From an uncultured Candidatus Rokubacteria bacterium (GTDB lineage Bacteria > Methylomirabilota > Methylomirabilia > Rokubacteriales > DASRDR01): 64,000 nucleotides of DNA. How positions within the stretch are numbered: position 1 is the stretch's first letter; each line of letters opens with the position of its first letter. Positions 18,942 to 27,468 of this stretch are shown here, piece after piece. The stretch covers positions 128,001-192,000 of the forward strand of contig CAWDVE010000016.1 of NCBI GenBank assembly GCA_963805625.1. Reading direction: 5' to 3'. The position numbers and the translations under genes are program-made. The notes under the pieces are model-generated. The model saw nothing but the letters and a program-made list of their open reading frames with translations, searched no databases and was not told the origin of the DNA.

Positions 18942-20114
18942 ATGCCGTCCTCCACGATCCTCACCGCAGCGTTCCTGACCGCGGCGGTCGCGAACTTCCT
19001 CTTCTTCACGGGGCTTGCCGGCTTTGTCCTACTGCCGCTCCACCTCCGGCGGCTCGGCGCGACGGACGGCCAGCTCGGGCTGATCATGGCGTGCTACAGC
19101 GCGACGGCGATCGTCGTCCAGCCGGTCGTCGGCGCGTGGGTCGACCGTGGCGGCCGCCGCGCGTTCCTCGTGACCGGCGCGGTGCTCACCTCCGGCGTGG
19201 CCCTCCTGTTCGCGGCCGTGCCCGACGCGCTGGGGCTCTTCCCGCTGCTGCGCGCGCTCCAGGGCGTGGCCTTCTCCGTCTTCTTCATCGCGAATTTCAC
19301 GGTCGTGGTCGATCTAGTTCCACCGGACCGGCGCGGCCAGGCGCTCGGGATCTTCGGGATCTCGGGGCTTGTCTCCGGAGCCGTGGGTCCGGCGCTTGGC
19401 GAGCTCCTGGTGCAGGCGGCCGGCTTTCGTGGACTGTTCCTGGCCGCGGCGGTCCTCCCCCTCCTGGCCGCCGGGATCTCCGCACGGCTCCACCTCCCGC
19501 CGGAGCCGCGCCGGGTCGGCGCGGGCGAAGGCCTGCCGGGCCTGCTCCGCGGGATCCTCTCGGCCCCCCGGCTTCCAATGACGCTTGGCGCAGCCTTCGG
19601 TCTTGGCCAGGGCGTGATGTTCACGTTCTTCCCGACCTACGCCCTCGACCTCGGGGTTCGATGGGTAGGGCTCTTCGCGGTCACCTACTCGGGCGCGGCC
19701 CTCGGCGTGCGGGCCACGGCCAGCGGCCTCGCGGACACCATCGGGCGGCGGGCCGTCATCATCCCCGCGTTGGCACTCCAGGCCGCCGCCACCGTGCTCC
19801 TCTCGAGCCTCGGCCTTCTCGCGCGGAGCCTGGGCTTCCCGGCCGGACCATTCCTTGCTCTCGCCGGCCTTCTCGCGGGCGCCGCGCATGGACTCCTCTA
19901 CCCGGCGCTGACGGCGCTCGTCGTGGACGTGACCCCGCCGGAGCGCCGCGGTCGCATGGTTGGCGTGTTCATGGCCTTCATCCTTCTCGGTCAGGCTGGG
20001 GGGGCCGCGGGGTTCGGCCACCTGGCCCACGCGGTGGGCTACGGCCCAATGTTTGGCATCCTGAGCATCCTCCTCGCCGGCGCGTGCGTCCTCGCGTTCC
20101 GCCTGGAGCGCTGA
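18942..20114 (+). CDS. MFS transporter
   Basis: 12-TM pattern; GAWVDRGGRR, LADTIGRR, PPERRG. Confidence 0.9.
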   Translation: MPSSTILTAAFLTAAVANFLFFTGLAGFVLLPLHLRRLGATDGQLGLIMACYSATAIVVQPVVGAWVDRGGRRAFLVTGAVLTSGVALLFAAVPDALGLFPLLRALQGVAFSVFFIANFTVVVDLVPPDRRGQALGIFGISGLVSGAVGPALGELLVQAAGFRGLFLAAAVLPLLAAGISARLHLPPEPRRVGAGEGLPGLLRGILSAPRLPMTLGAAFGLGQGVMFTFFPTYALDLGVRWVGLFAVTYSGAALGVRATASGLADTIGRRAVIIPALALQAAATVLLSSLGLLARSLGFPAGPFLALAGLLAGAAHGLLYPALTALVVDVTPPERRGRMVGVFMAFILLGQAGGAAGFGHLAHAVGYGPMFGILSILLAGACVLAFRLER

Positions 20115-20158
20115 CTCGCGGGGTCCCCCGTGCCGCCGGGGGCCCGGGAGGGATGGGG

Positions 20159-20164
20159 TATACT
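20159..20164 (+). promoter_or_regulatory. -10 box upstream of the DUF151-AAA operon
   Basis: TATACT flanked by the inverted repeat CCGTGCCG / CGGCACGG. Confidence 0.45.
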
Positions 20165-20208
20165 TCGGCACGGCGCCGGCGGGGTGCCCTGTGAAGGAGG
20201 AGCGGACC

Positions 20209-20736
20209 ATGCGGGGAGCGCGGGCGTGGACGCTGGGCATGGTGATCCTGGTGGGGCTCATGAGCCTGGGCGCGACGGAGCCGCCGAAGGTGGGCGGCCC
20301 GGGGGCGAGCCCGCAGGAAGCCGAGGTGACGGGCGTCGTGGTGGACCCGAGCACGCGGCAGCCGATCGTTCTCCTCCAGGGCAAGCGGGACCGTCGGGCG
20401 CTCGCGATGACGATCGGCCGGTTCGAGGCCAACGGGATCGCCATCGCCCTCCAGGGGGTCACGCCCCCGCGCCCGCTCACGCACGACCTGTTCCTGAACG
20501 TCCTCGGCGACCTCCGCGCGTCCCTCAAGCGCATCGTGGTGACCGATCTCCGCGACGACGTCTTCTACGCGCAGTTGCACCTGGAGGCCGCGGGGTCGCG
20601 GCTCACCATCGATTCCCGGCCCTCGGACGCCATCGCACTGGCGCTCCGGGCGCGGGTGCCCATCCTGGTGGAGGACCGGGTCTTCGACAAGGCGGACCGG
20701 CTCCTGCCCAAGGGTGGGGGCCCGCCGACGCTCTGA
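20209..20736 (+). CDS. Bifunctional nuclease (DUF151) family protein with N-terminal signal/anchor peptide
   Basis: IGRFEANGIA, PPRPLTHDL, FYAQL, IDSRPSDAIALALR; AAGGAGG RBS before ATG 20209. Confidence 0.9.
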   Translation: MRGARAWTLGMVILVGLMSLGATEPPKVGGPGASPQEAEVTGVVVDPSTRQPIVLLQGKRDRRALAMTIGRFEANGIAIALQGVTPPRPLTHDLFLNVLGDLRASLKRIVVTDLRDDVFYAQLHLEAAGSRLTIDSRPSDAIALALRARVPILVEDRVFDKADRLLPKGGGPPTL

Positions 20737-20742
20737 CCGCTC

Positions 20743-21699
20743 GTGCGTGACGGACCCGGATCGAGCCGAGCTCTGCCCGCGGCCGAGTGGGCCGTCCAGC
20801 GCCGCCTGGATGACCTGATCGGCAAGCTGGAGCCGAAGTTCGGCGACCTTCGAGGCCGGGTCGAAGTTCTCCCGCGCCCGGGCGTGACCTTCGCGATGAT
20901 CGGCGGGGCGGACACGGCGAAGGCGGCGATCAGCGGCCTGTCTCACGCCCTCCGGATGCCCGATCTCTACCGGCGCTGGGGCATCACCCCGCCGCGCGGC
21001 GGGCTCCTCTACGGGCCACCCGGGAACGGCAAGACCTTGCTCGCGAAGGCCCTGGCCACCCTGTCGGAGGCGCTCTTCTACCACTTCCGCCTGGCGACCC
21101 TCACCTCCAAGGTGGGCCCGCTGGCGGCCGAGGTGATCAAGGAGGTGTTCCAGCTCGCGAGCTCGGAAGGCAAGGGCGTCCTCTTCTTCGAGGACGCCGA
21201 GGCGCTCTCCTTCGAGCACATCCTTCCGCCCGAGCGCGCCCGGGAGGCGGCGGCGCCGCTCCTCATCGGGATCTGCGAGCTGCTCGACGGGCTTCGCGCC
21301 TTTCCCTCGCTTCTCGTCGTTGCGTCCACCAGCCGTCCCGACGGGATCGGCTCGCTCCTCATCAGCCCCGGACGTCTGGACCACCTGATCGAGGTGCCGC
21401 TGCCCGACGGTCCCGCCCTGCAGGAGATCCTCGACATCCAGCGCAAGCGTGCGGAGGCCCTGGCCGAGCGGACGCTCTTCGAGCCGATCGACTCGGAAGT
21501 GCTCGTGTCCCGGCTGGCCGGGATGAGCGGTGGCGAGGTCGCGGAGGTGGTCCGCCGCGCGCTCGAGGAGAAGGTCCACCGGTCCGGGGACGGTCCGGAG
21601 GCCGGACTCGTCCGGACGGCCGATCTCCTCACCGCCGTGGACGAGTCGCGCCGCGTGCGGGACGTGGTCGTCAAGATCCGCTACGGCCAGTACCTCTGA
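20743..21699 (+). CDS. ARC/Mpa/CDC48-like AAA protein with degenerate catalytic motifs and C-terminal GQYL
   Basis: VTFAMIGG, PPRGGLLYGPPGNGKTLLAKALA, FFEDAE (Walker B position), ASTSRPD...SPGRLD, MSGGEV; ends KIRYGQYL*. Confidence 0.88.
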   Translation: MRDGPGSSRALPAAEWAVQRRLDDLIGKLEPKFGDLRGRVEVLPRPGVTFAMIGGADTAKAAISGLSHALRMPDLYRRWGITPPRGGLLYGPPGNGKTLLAKALATLSEALFYHFRLATLTSKVGPLAAEVIKEVFQLASSEGKGVLFFEDAEALSFEHILPPERAREAAAPLLIGICELLDGLRAFPSLLVVASTSRPDGIGSLLISPGRLDHLIEVPLPDGPALQEILDIQRKRAEALAERTLFEPIDSEVLVSRLAGMSGGEVAEVVRRALEEKVHRSGDGPEAGLVRTADLLTAVDESRRVRDVVVKIRYGQYL

Positions 21700-21798
21700 T
21701 GCCGAGCCCGGAATCGGAGACGCGCGCGGCGACAGGACCCGCGGCGGCGGACTCGCGCGGAACGTCGCGGGCGTAGCCCAACGAGCGCCAACGACACG

Positions 21799-22212
21799 AT
21801 GGTGTCCGAGACGACGATCCGGGTGCGGTACGCCGAGACCGACACCATGGGCGTCGTCTACTACGGCAACTACCTCACCTACTTCGAGGTCGGTCGCGTC
21901 GAATTTCTTCGCCAGCACGGCTTTCCCATGTCGGCGGTGAACCGGAAGGTCCACATGCCGGTCGTGGAGGCGTCGGTGCGGTACGTCAGGCCTGCGCGGC
22001 TCGACGACCTGCTCCGCGTCCGGTGCTGGATCAGCGAGCGGAAACGCGCGTCGTTCGTCTTCCGTTACGACATCCGCCACGCGGAGACGGGCGAGCCCGT
22101 CGCGACGGGAGAAACCCGGCACGCGTGCTGGAATCCGGAGACTCAGCGCATGATCGCCATCCCCGACTGGCTCGAGCCGCTCCTCACCCCGGAGACCGCG
22201 TCTGCGCTGTGA
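21799..22212 (+). CDS. Acyl-CoA thioesterase, YbgC/FadM family
   Basis: RVRYAETDTMGVVYYGNYLTYFEVGR. Confidence 0.93.
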   Translation: MVSETTIRVRYAETDTMGVVYYGNYLTYFEVGRVEFLRQHGFPMSAVNRKVHMPVVEASVRYVRPARLDDLLRVRCWISERKRASFVFRYDIRHAETGEPVATGETRHACWNPETQRMIAIPDWLEPLLTPETASAL

Positions 22213-22314
22213 CTGCTGTCTGCCCCGGCCGCCGGGCCTGACCCGGACGGCTCTCCCACTGCGTTTCAGCGCCTCCGCGCCGAGCCCGGGGCGCGTGCCT
22301 CGGAGGAGGTTACC

Positions 22315-23973
22315 GTGTCCAGCGTGACCCCTGGCCGCCCACGCCCGATCACGGAGGTCTCCGCCCGTGCCGGCCTCGCCGACGAGGAGCTCGTTCCCTA
22401 CGGTCGCGAGATTGCGAAGGTCTCGGTCCGGGCGCTCGGCGCCCGGCGTAACGCTCCGTCGGGCAAGCTCGTAGTCGTCTCGTCCATCACCCCCACCCCG
22501 CCGGGCGACGGGAAGACAACGGTCACGATCGGGCTGGGGCAGGCCTTGTGGCGGATCGGCCGCCGGGCCGTCATCGCGCTTCGCGAGCCGTCGATCGGGC
22601 CGTGCCTCGGCATCAAGGGGGGCGGGACGGGGGGCGGGCGCTCGCAGGTCGTTCCGGCAGACTCGATCAACCTCCACTTCACCGGCGACATCCACGCGGT
22701 GGAGACTGCCCACAATCTCCTGGCCGCGTGCCTGGACAACCACCTCTATCACGACAACGCGCTCCGCATCGATCCACGGCAGGTCCTCTTCCGCCGCGCC
22801 ATGGACATGAACGACCGCGCCCTGCGGGAGATCGTGCTCGGCCTGGGCGGCCGGTTCCAGGGTTACCCCCGCGAGGAGGGGTTTCTCATCACGGCCGCGT
22901 CCGAGGTGATGGCGCTCCTCTGCCTGTCTGAGGACCTGATGGACCTCAAGGCCCGTCTGGGGCGGATCCTCCTCGGGTTCACCTTCGACGGCCGTCCGGT
23001 GGTCGCCCAGGACCTCAAGGTCACCGGGGCCATGGCGGCGCTCCTCCGCGACGCGATCCATCCCAACCTGGTTCAGACGCTCGAGGGCACGCCGGCCCTG
23101 GTCCACGGGGGCCCATTCGCCAACATCGCTCACGGCTGCAACTCCGTCATTGCGACGAAGCTCGCACTCAAGCTCGGCGAGATCTGCATCACCGAGGCGG
23201 GATTCGGGTTCGACCTCGGCGCCGAGAAGTTCTTCGACATCAAGTGCGGCTACGCCGGGCTCCGGCCCGACGGGGTCGTGCTGGTCGCGACCGCGCGCGC
23301 GCTCAAGTACCACGGGGGCGTGCCGATGAGCGCCGTGGACCAGGAGGACCTGCCCGCCATCAAGCGGGGCATGGCGAACCTCGAGAAGCACGTCGAGGAC
23401 ATCCACCTCTTCGGCGTCCCGGTCGTCGTCGCGCTTAACCGCTTCCCATCCGACACCGACGCGGAACTGGTCGCGATCGTGGAGCACTGCGCCGAGCTCG
23501 GCGTTCCCGCCGTGCCCGCCAACGTGTTCGGCGAGGGCGGCGCGGGCGGCGAGAAGCTGGCGGCGACCCTGATGGACGTGCTCGCCCGGCATCCCTCACA
23601 GTTCCGGCCGCTCTACGACTGGGGCGCGCCCGTCAAGGCGAAGATCCACACGATCGCGACGCGGATGTACGGAGCGGAGCGGGTGGCCTACACGAAGCGG
23701 GCGGAGGGGCAGATCGCCCAGGCGGAGACGCTCGGATACGGCGGGCTCCCGATCTGCATGGCCAAGACGCAGCGCTCGCTCTCGGACGACCCCACCCTCC
23801 TCGGCCGGCCGCGGGATTTCACGGTCACGGTGAGCGAGGTGCGGATCTCGGCGGGCGCGGGCTTCCTGGTGCCGATCACCGGAGACATCCTGACGATGCC
23901 GGGGTTGCCTCGGGTCCCGAGCGCAGAGCGGATCGACGTGGGCGCCGACGGGCGCATCACGGGGCTCGTCTGA
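22315..23973 (+). CDS. fhs: Formate--tetrahydrofolate ligase
   Basis: TPTPPGDGKTT, LREPSIGP, NLHFTGDIHA, VHGGPFANIAHGCNS, TEAGFGFDLGAEKF, MPGLP. Confidence 0.98.
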   Translation: MSSVTPGRPRPITEVSARAGLADEELVPYGREIAKVSVRALGARRNAPSGKLVVVSSITPTPPGDGKTTVTIGLGQALWRIGRRAVIALREPSIGPCLGIKGGGTGGGRSQVVPADSINLHFTGDIHAVETAHNLLAACLDNHLYHDNALRIDPRQVLFRRAMDMNDRALREIVLGLGGRFQGYPREEGFLITAASEVMALLCLSEDLMDLKARLGRILLGFTFDGRPVVAQDLKVTGAMAALLRDAIHPNLVQTLEGTPALVHGGPFANIAHGCNSVIATKLALKLGEICITEAGFGFDLGAEKFFDIKCGYAGLRPDGVVLVATARALKYHGGVPMSAVDQEDLPAIKRGMANLEKHVEDIHLFGVPVVVALNRFPSDTDAELVAIVEHCAELGVPAVPANVFGEGGAGGEKLAATLMDVLARHPSQFRPLYDWGAPVKAKIHTIATRMYGAERVAYTKRAEGQIAQAETLGYGGLPICMAKTQRSLSDDPTLLGRPRDFTVTVSEVRISAGAGFLVPITGDILTMPGLPRVPSAERIDVGADGRITGLV

Positions 23974-23994
23974 GCCGGCTCGGCGCCTCCGGCT

Positions 23995-24027
23995 CCGCCA
24001 CGGCCGGCCGTGGCGGCGTGCTATACT
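23995..24027 (+). promoter_or_regulatory. 22-bp perfect palindrome immediately followed by an extended -10 (TGnTATACT)
   Basis: CCGCCACGGCCGGCCGTGGCGG (23995-24016); TGCTATACT (24019-24027). Confidence 0.55.
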
Positions 24028-24128
24028 TCGTGACTGATCGCAGCCCCGTCGTCCTGCAGGGCGCGACAGCGCGGAGATTCTTCAGCCGATGACCCAGCGT
24101 GCATCTCCACGGAGCGGAGCGATGAGCG

Positions 24129-25118
24129 ATGATCGAGGTTGATCGCCTCACGAAGCGGTACGGACCGGTCCCGGCCATCCAGGACGTCTCCTTCACCGTC
24201 GAGAAGGGCCAGATCGTCGGCTTCCTGGGCCCGAACGGTGCGGGCAAGACGACGACCATGCGGATCTTGTCCTGCTTCATGCCCGCCTCGAGCGGGACCG
24301 CCCGGGTCGCGGGCTACGACGTGTTCGAGCAGTCGCTCGAGGTCCGCCGCCGGATCGGCTACCTACCCGAGAATGTGCCGCTCTACGGCGACATGACGGT
24401 CGTCGCCTACCTGGACTTCGTCGCCAACATCAAGGGCCTCGGCCGCAGCGAGCGGCGGCGGCGCGTCGGCGAGGTGCTCGAGCGGTGCCAGATCCCCGAC
24501 GTGCGCGAGCGCTTGATCGGGCGGCTCTCGAAGGGGTACCGCCAGCGCGTCGGCCTCGCCCAGGCGCTCATCGCCGATCCGGACGTGCTAATCCTCGACG
24601 AGCCGACGATCGGGCTCGATCCCAAGCAGATCGTCGGCATCCGGCAGCTCATCAAGTCGCTGGCCGGTGCCCACACGGTCATCCTTTCGACACACATCCT
24701 GCCCGAGGTGTCGATGGTGTGCGAGGGTGTGATCATCATCAACCGTGGACGGGTCGTCGCCTCCGGCCCGCTCGACCGGCTCATGCAGGAGCTCTCACCC
24801 GTGGCGCGGGTCCAGGTCCAGATCGAGGGCCCGGCCGAGCTGGTCGCGCAGTCGCTCCGGGCCCTCCTCGGCGTCCAGCGCGTGGAGGCGCGGGGTGTCG
24901 TCGACGGAACCGGCACGTTCGTCCTCGAGGCCGACCGCACGCGGGACGTGCGGCGGGAGGTCGCCCAGCTGGCCGCACAGCAGCGCTGGGGTCTCCTCGA
25001 GCTCAAGGCCCTCGACCTGTCGCTGGAGGACGTGTTCATTCGCATCGTGGCCGGCGAGGAGCACGAGGAGGCGATGGTTGACGTCGTCCCCGGGGCGGCC
25101 GAGGAGGTGGCGTCGTGA
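24129..25118 (+). CDS. ABC transporter ATP-binding protein (GldA-like)
   Basis: GPNGAGKTT, LSKGYRQRVG, LILDEPTIGLDP, LSTH. Confidence 0.95.
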   Translation: MIEVDRLTKRYGPVPAIQDVSFTVEKGQIVGFLGPNGAGKTTTMRILSCFMPASSGTARVAGYDVFEQSLEVRRRIGYLPENVPLYGDMTVVAYLDFVANIKGLGRSERRRRVGEVLERCQIPDVRERLIGRLSKGYRQRVGLAQALIADPDVLILDEPTIGLDPKQIVGIRQLIKSLAGAHTVILSTHILPEVSMVCEGVIIINRGRVVASGPLDRLMQELSPVARVQVQIEGPAELVAQSLRALLGVQRVEARGVVDGTGTFVLEADRTRDVRREVAQLAAQQRWGLLELKALDLSLEDVFIRIVAGEEHEEAMVDVVPGAAEEVAS

Positions 25119-25882
25119 GGACCTGGGCGGTCTTCAAGAAGGAGCTCCGGGTCTACTTCAGCTCGCCGATCGCCTACGCGGTCCTGACGATCTTCTCGCT
25201 GATCAGCGGCTGGTTCTTCTACAACGTGTTCGGCTACTACGTGCTGGCGAGCATGCAGGCGGCGATGAACCCCATGATGGCGCGTGACCTCTCGGTCATC
25301 GAGGGGGTGCTCCGGCCCCTGTTCCAGAACATGAGCGTCATCATGCTGCTGATGATGCCAATCCTCACCATGCGCCTGTTCTCCGAGGAGAAGAAGAGCG
25401 GCACGATCGAGCTGCTCCTGACCTACCCCGTGCGAGACGGAGAGGTCCTCCTCGGGAAGTACCTGGCCGCGTTCGCAGTCTTCGCGGCGATGCTGACGCT
25501 GACGCTCGCCTATCCGCTCATCATGGCCTGGGTCACCCCGCTCGAGCTGGGACCGCTCGCGACCGGCTACCTCGGGCTCCTCCTCCAGGGCGCCGCGTTC
25601 ATCGCGATCGGGATCCTGATCTCGTCGCTGACCGAGAACCAGATCGTGGCGGCGGTGGCGACGTTCGGCACCCTCCTGATCTTCTGGGTGATCGCCTGGG
25701 CGTCCGACTCGGCCGGCGGGACCCTGGGGCGCGTGCTGTCGCACGTGTCGCTCACCGAGCACTTCGACTCGTTCGCCAAGGGCGTGATCGACACGAAGGA
25801 CCTCATTTACTACCTGGACCTCACCATCCTGGCCTTGTTCCTCACCCTGCGCTCGCTGGACTCGAAGCGGTGGAGAGGCTGA
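25115..25882 (+). CDS. ABC-2 permease (GldF-like)
   Basis: KKELRVYFSSPIAY, TMRLFSEEKKSGTIELLLTYP, SSLTENQIVAA. Confidence 0.93.
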   Translation: MRTWAVFKKELRVYFSSPIAYAVLTIFSLISGWFFYNVFGYYVLASMQAAMNPMMARDLSVIEGVLRPLFQNMSVIMLLMMPILTMRLFSEEKKSGTIELLLTYPVRDGEVLLGKYLAAFAVFAAMLTLTLAYPLIMAWVTPLELGPLATGYLGLLLQGAAFIAIGILISSLTENQIVAAVATFGTLLIFWVIAWASDSAGGTLGRVLSHVSLTEHFDSFAKGVIDTKDLIYYLDLTILALFLTLRSLDSKRWRG

Positions 25883-25887
25883 CCGCC

Positions 25888-27453
25888 ATGGACCGATTCG
25901 CAAGCCCGGCACTCTTCGTCGGCCTCGGTGGCGTCGTGGCCGGCTTCCTCCTGCAGACCTACCGGCCGTCATGGACCAAGGTCTGGCCGGCGCTCCTCAT
26001 CCTGGGCGGCCTGGTCCTCCTCTTCGGTCTGTACGCGAGCTTCGCGACCAACGTGCGCCGGGCGCTGGCGGGGCGCGCGACCCGGTACGGCCTCAACGCG
26101 GCGGTCCTGGTCGTCCTGATCCTCGGGGTCATCGTGCTCGTCGAGGCAGTGTCGTACCGGCACAGCTATCGTGTCGACCTGACCGAGAACAAGCGCTGGA
26201 GCCTGTCTCCCCAAACCGCGAAGGTGGTGAGCGAGCTTCCGGTGCCGATCAAGGCCGTGGCCTTCTTCCGGCCCGACCAGCCCGGTAAGCGGACCGCGGA
26301 GGATCTTCTCAAGCAGTACGCGGGGCGCTCGGACGGAAAGTTCACCTGGGAGGTCGTCGACGCGGACCGGACCCCCCTGCTGGCCCGGGAGTACGGCTTC
26401 GAGAGCTACGGGATGGTCGTCCTCGAGGCGGTCTTGAAGGACGGACAGAAGAAACAGGAGAAGCTCCTCGACCTGGACGAGGAGAAGCTCACCAACGCCC
26501 TGATCCGGGTCACGCGTCCGGGGAAGCGTGTCGTCTACTTCCTCAAGGGCCACGGGGAGAAGGACCCGGGCTCGAGCGATCGGACTGGCTACGGCCAGAT
26601 GAAGTCTGCGATCGAGAAGCTGAACTACGAGGTCAAGGATCTGGTCCTGGCGCGGGAGGTCAAGGTGCCGGACGACGCCACCATCGTGGTGGTGGCCGGG
26701 CCGCAGAGGGAGCTCCTGCCCAACGAGATTGACGCCATGGTGGGGTACGTGGCCCGGGCCGGGAAGGTCCTCTTCATGGTCGATCCGTTCCAGACCACCG
26801 GACTCGGACCGGTCCTCGAGCGCTGGGGGCTCGGCCTCGGCAACGACGTGATCATCGACATCAGCCCCACGGGCCGGCGCGCCGGCGCGGGGCCGGAGAT
26901 TCCCGTCGTCGCGGACTACCTCTCCCACCCGATCACCCGAGACTTCCGGTTCGCGACCTTCTTCCCGGTCGCACGCACCGTTTCGGTGAAGGAGAAGCCG
27001 CCCGAGGGCGTGAGCGCGCAAGGGCTCGCGCGGACGTCCGGCGAGAGCTGGGCGGAAACCAGCCAGGACCAGATCCGGACGGGCCAGGTCAAGCCGGACC
27101 CCGGCGAAGCCCGAGGCCCCCTCACGATCGCCGCGGTCGCGACCGTCGACGCCAAGGACGCGCCGGCCGACCGGAAGAGCGCGAAGGCGCGGATCGTCCT
27201 GGTCGGCGACTCGGATTTCGCGGCGAACGAGTTCGTCAATCTCTCCGGCAACCGCGACTTCTTCCTCAACACGCTCTCGTGGCTCGCCGAGGAGGAGAAC
27301 CTGATCGCGGTGCGGCCGAAGGAGTCGCGCACCGCCCCCGTTTTCCTGACCGGCGCCCAGGGACAGGTGATCTTCCTGGTGCCGGTGGTGTTGATCCCCC
27401 TGACCGTGATCGTGGCCGGCGCGGTGGCGGTCGCCCGCCGGCGCGGGCGGTAG
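25888..27453 (+). CDS. GldG family ABC-type uncharacterized transport auxiliary protein
   Basis: DLTENKRWSLSPQT, VYFLKGHGE, LVGDSDF, GNRDFFLNTLSWL; C-terminal TM. Confidence 0.9.
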   Translation: MDRFASPALFVGLGGVVAGFLLQTYRPSWTKVWPALLILGGLVLLFGLYASFATNVRRALAGRATRYGLNAAVLVVLILGVIVLVEAVSYRHSYRVDLTENKRWSLSPQTAKVVSELPVPIKAVAFFRPDQPGKRTAEDLLKQYAGRSDGKFTWEVVDADRTPLLAREYGFESYGMVVLEAVLKDGQKKQEKLLDLDEEKLTNALIRVTRPGKRVVYFLKGHGEKDPGSSDRTGYGQMKSAIEKLNYEVKDLVLAREVKVPDDATIVVVAGPQRELLPNEIDAMVGYVARAGKVLFMVDPFQTTGLGPVLERWGLGLGNDVIIDISPTGRRAGAGPEIPVVADYLSHPITRDFRFATFFPVARTVSVKEKPPEGVSAQGLARTSGESWAETSQDQIRTGQVKPDPGEARGPLTIAAVATVDAKDAPADRKSAKARIVLVGDSDFAANEFVNLSGNRDFFLNTLSWLAEEENLIAVRPKESRTAPVFLTGAQGQVIFLVPVVLIPLTVIVAGAVAVARRRGR

Positions 27454-27468
27454 TCCGGGAGCCGTCCG

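Noticed and set aside
22213-22314. Possible ZTP (pfl) or THF riboswitch upstream of fhs
   Set aside because: Only fragmentary resemblance (GTGACTG); the conserved GACUGGCG...GCCUGGGC pseudoknot elements were not found. An Rfam cmscan would settle it.
22315-23973. fhs as evidence for a Wood-Ljungdahl pathway
   Set aside because: Fhs is common in one-carbon metabolism, and there are no acs/cooS genes in the window.
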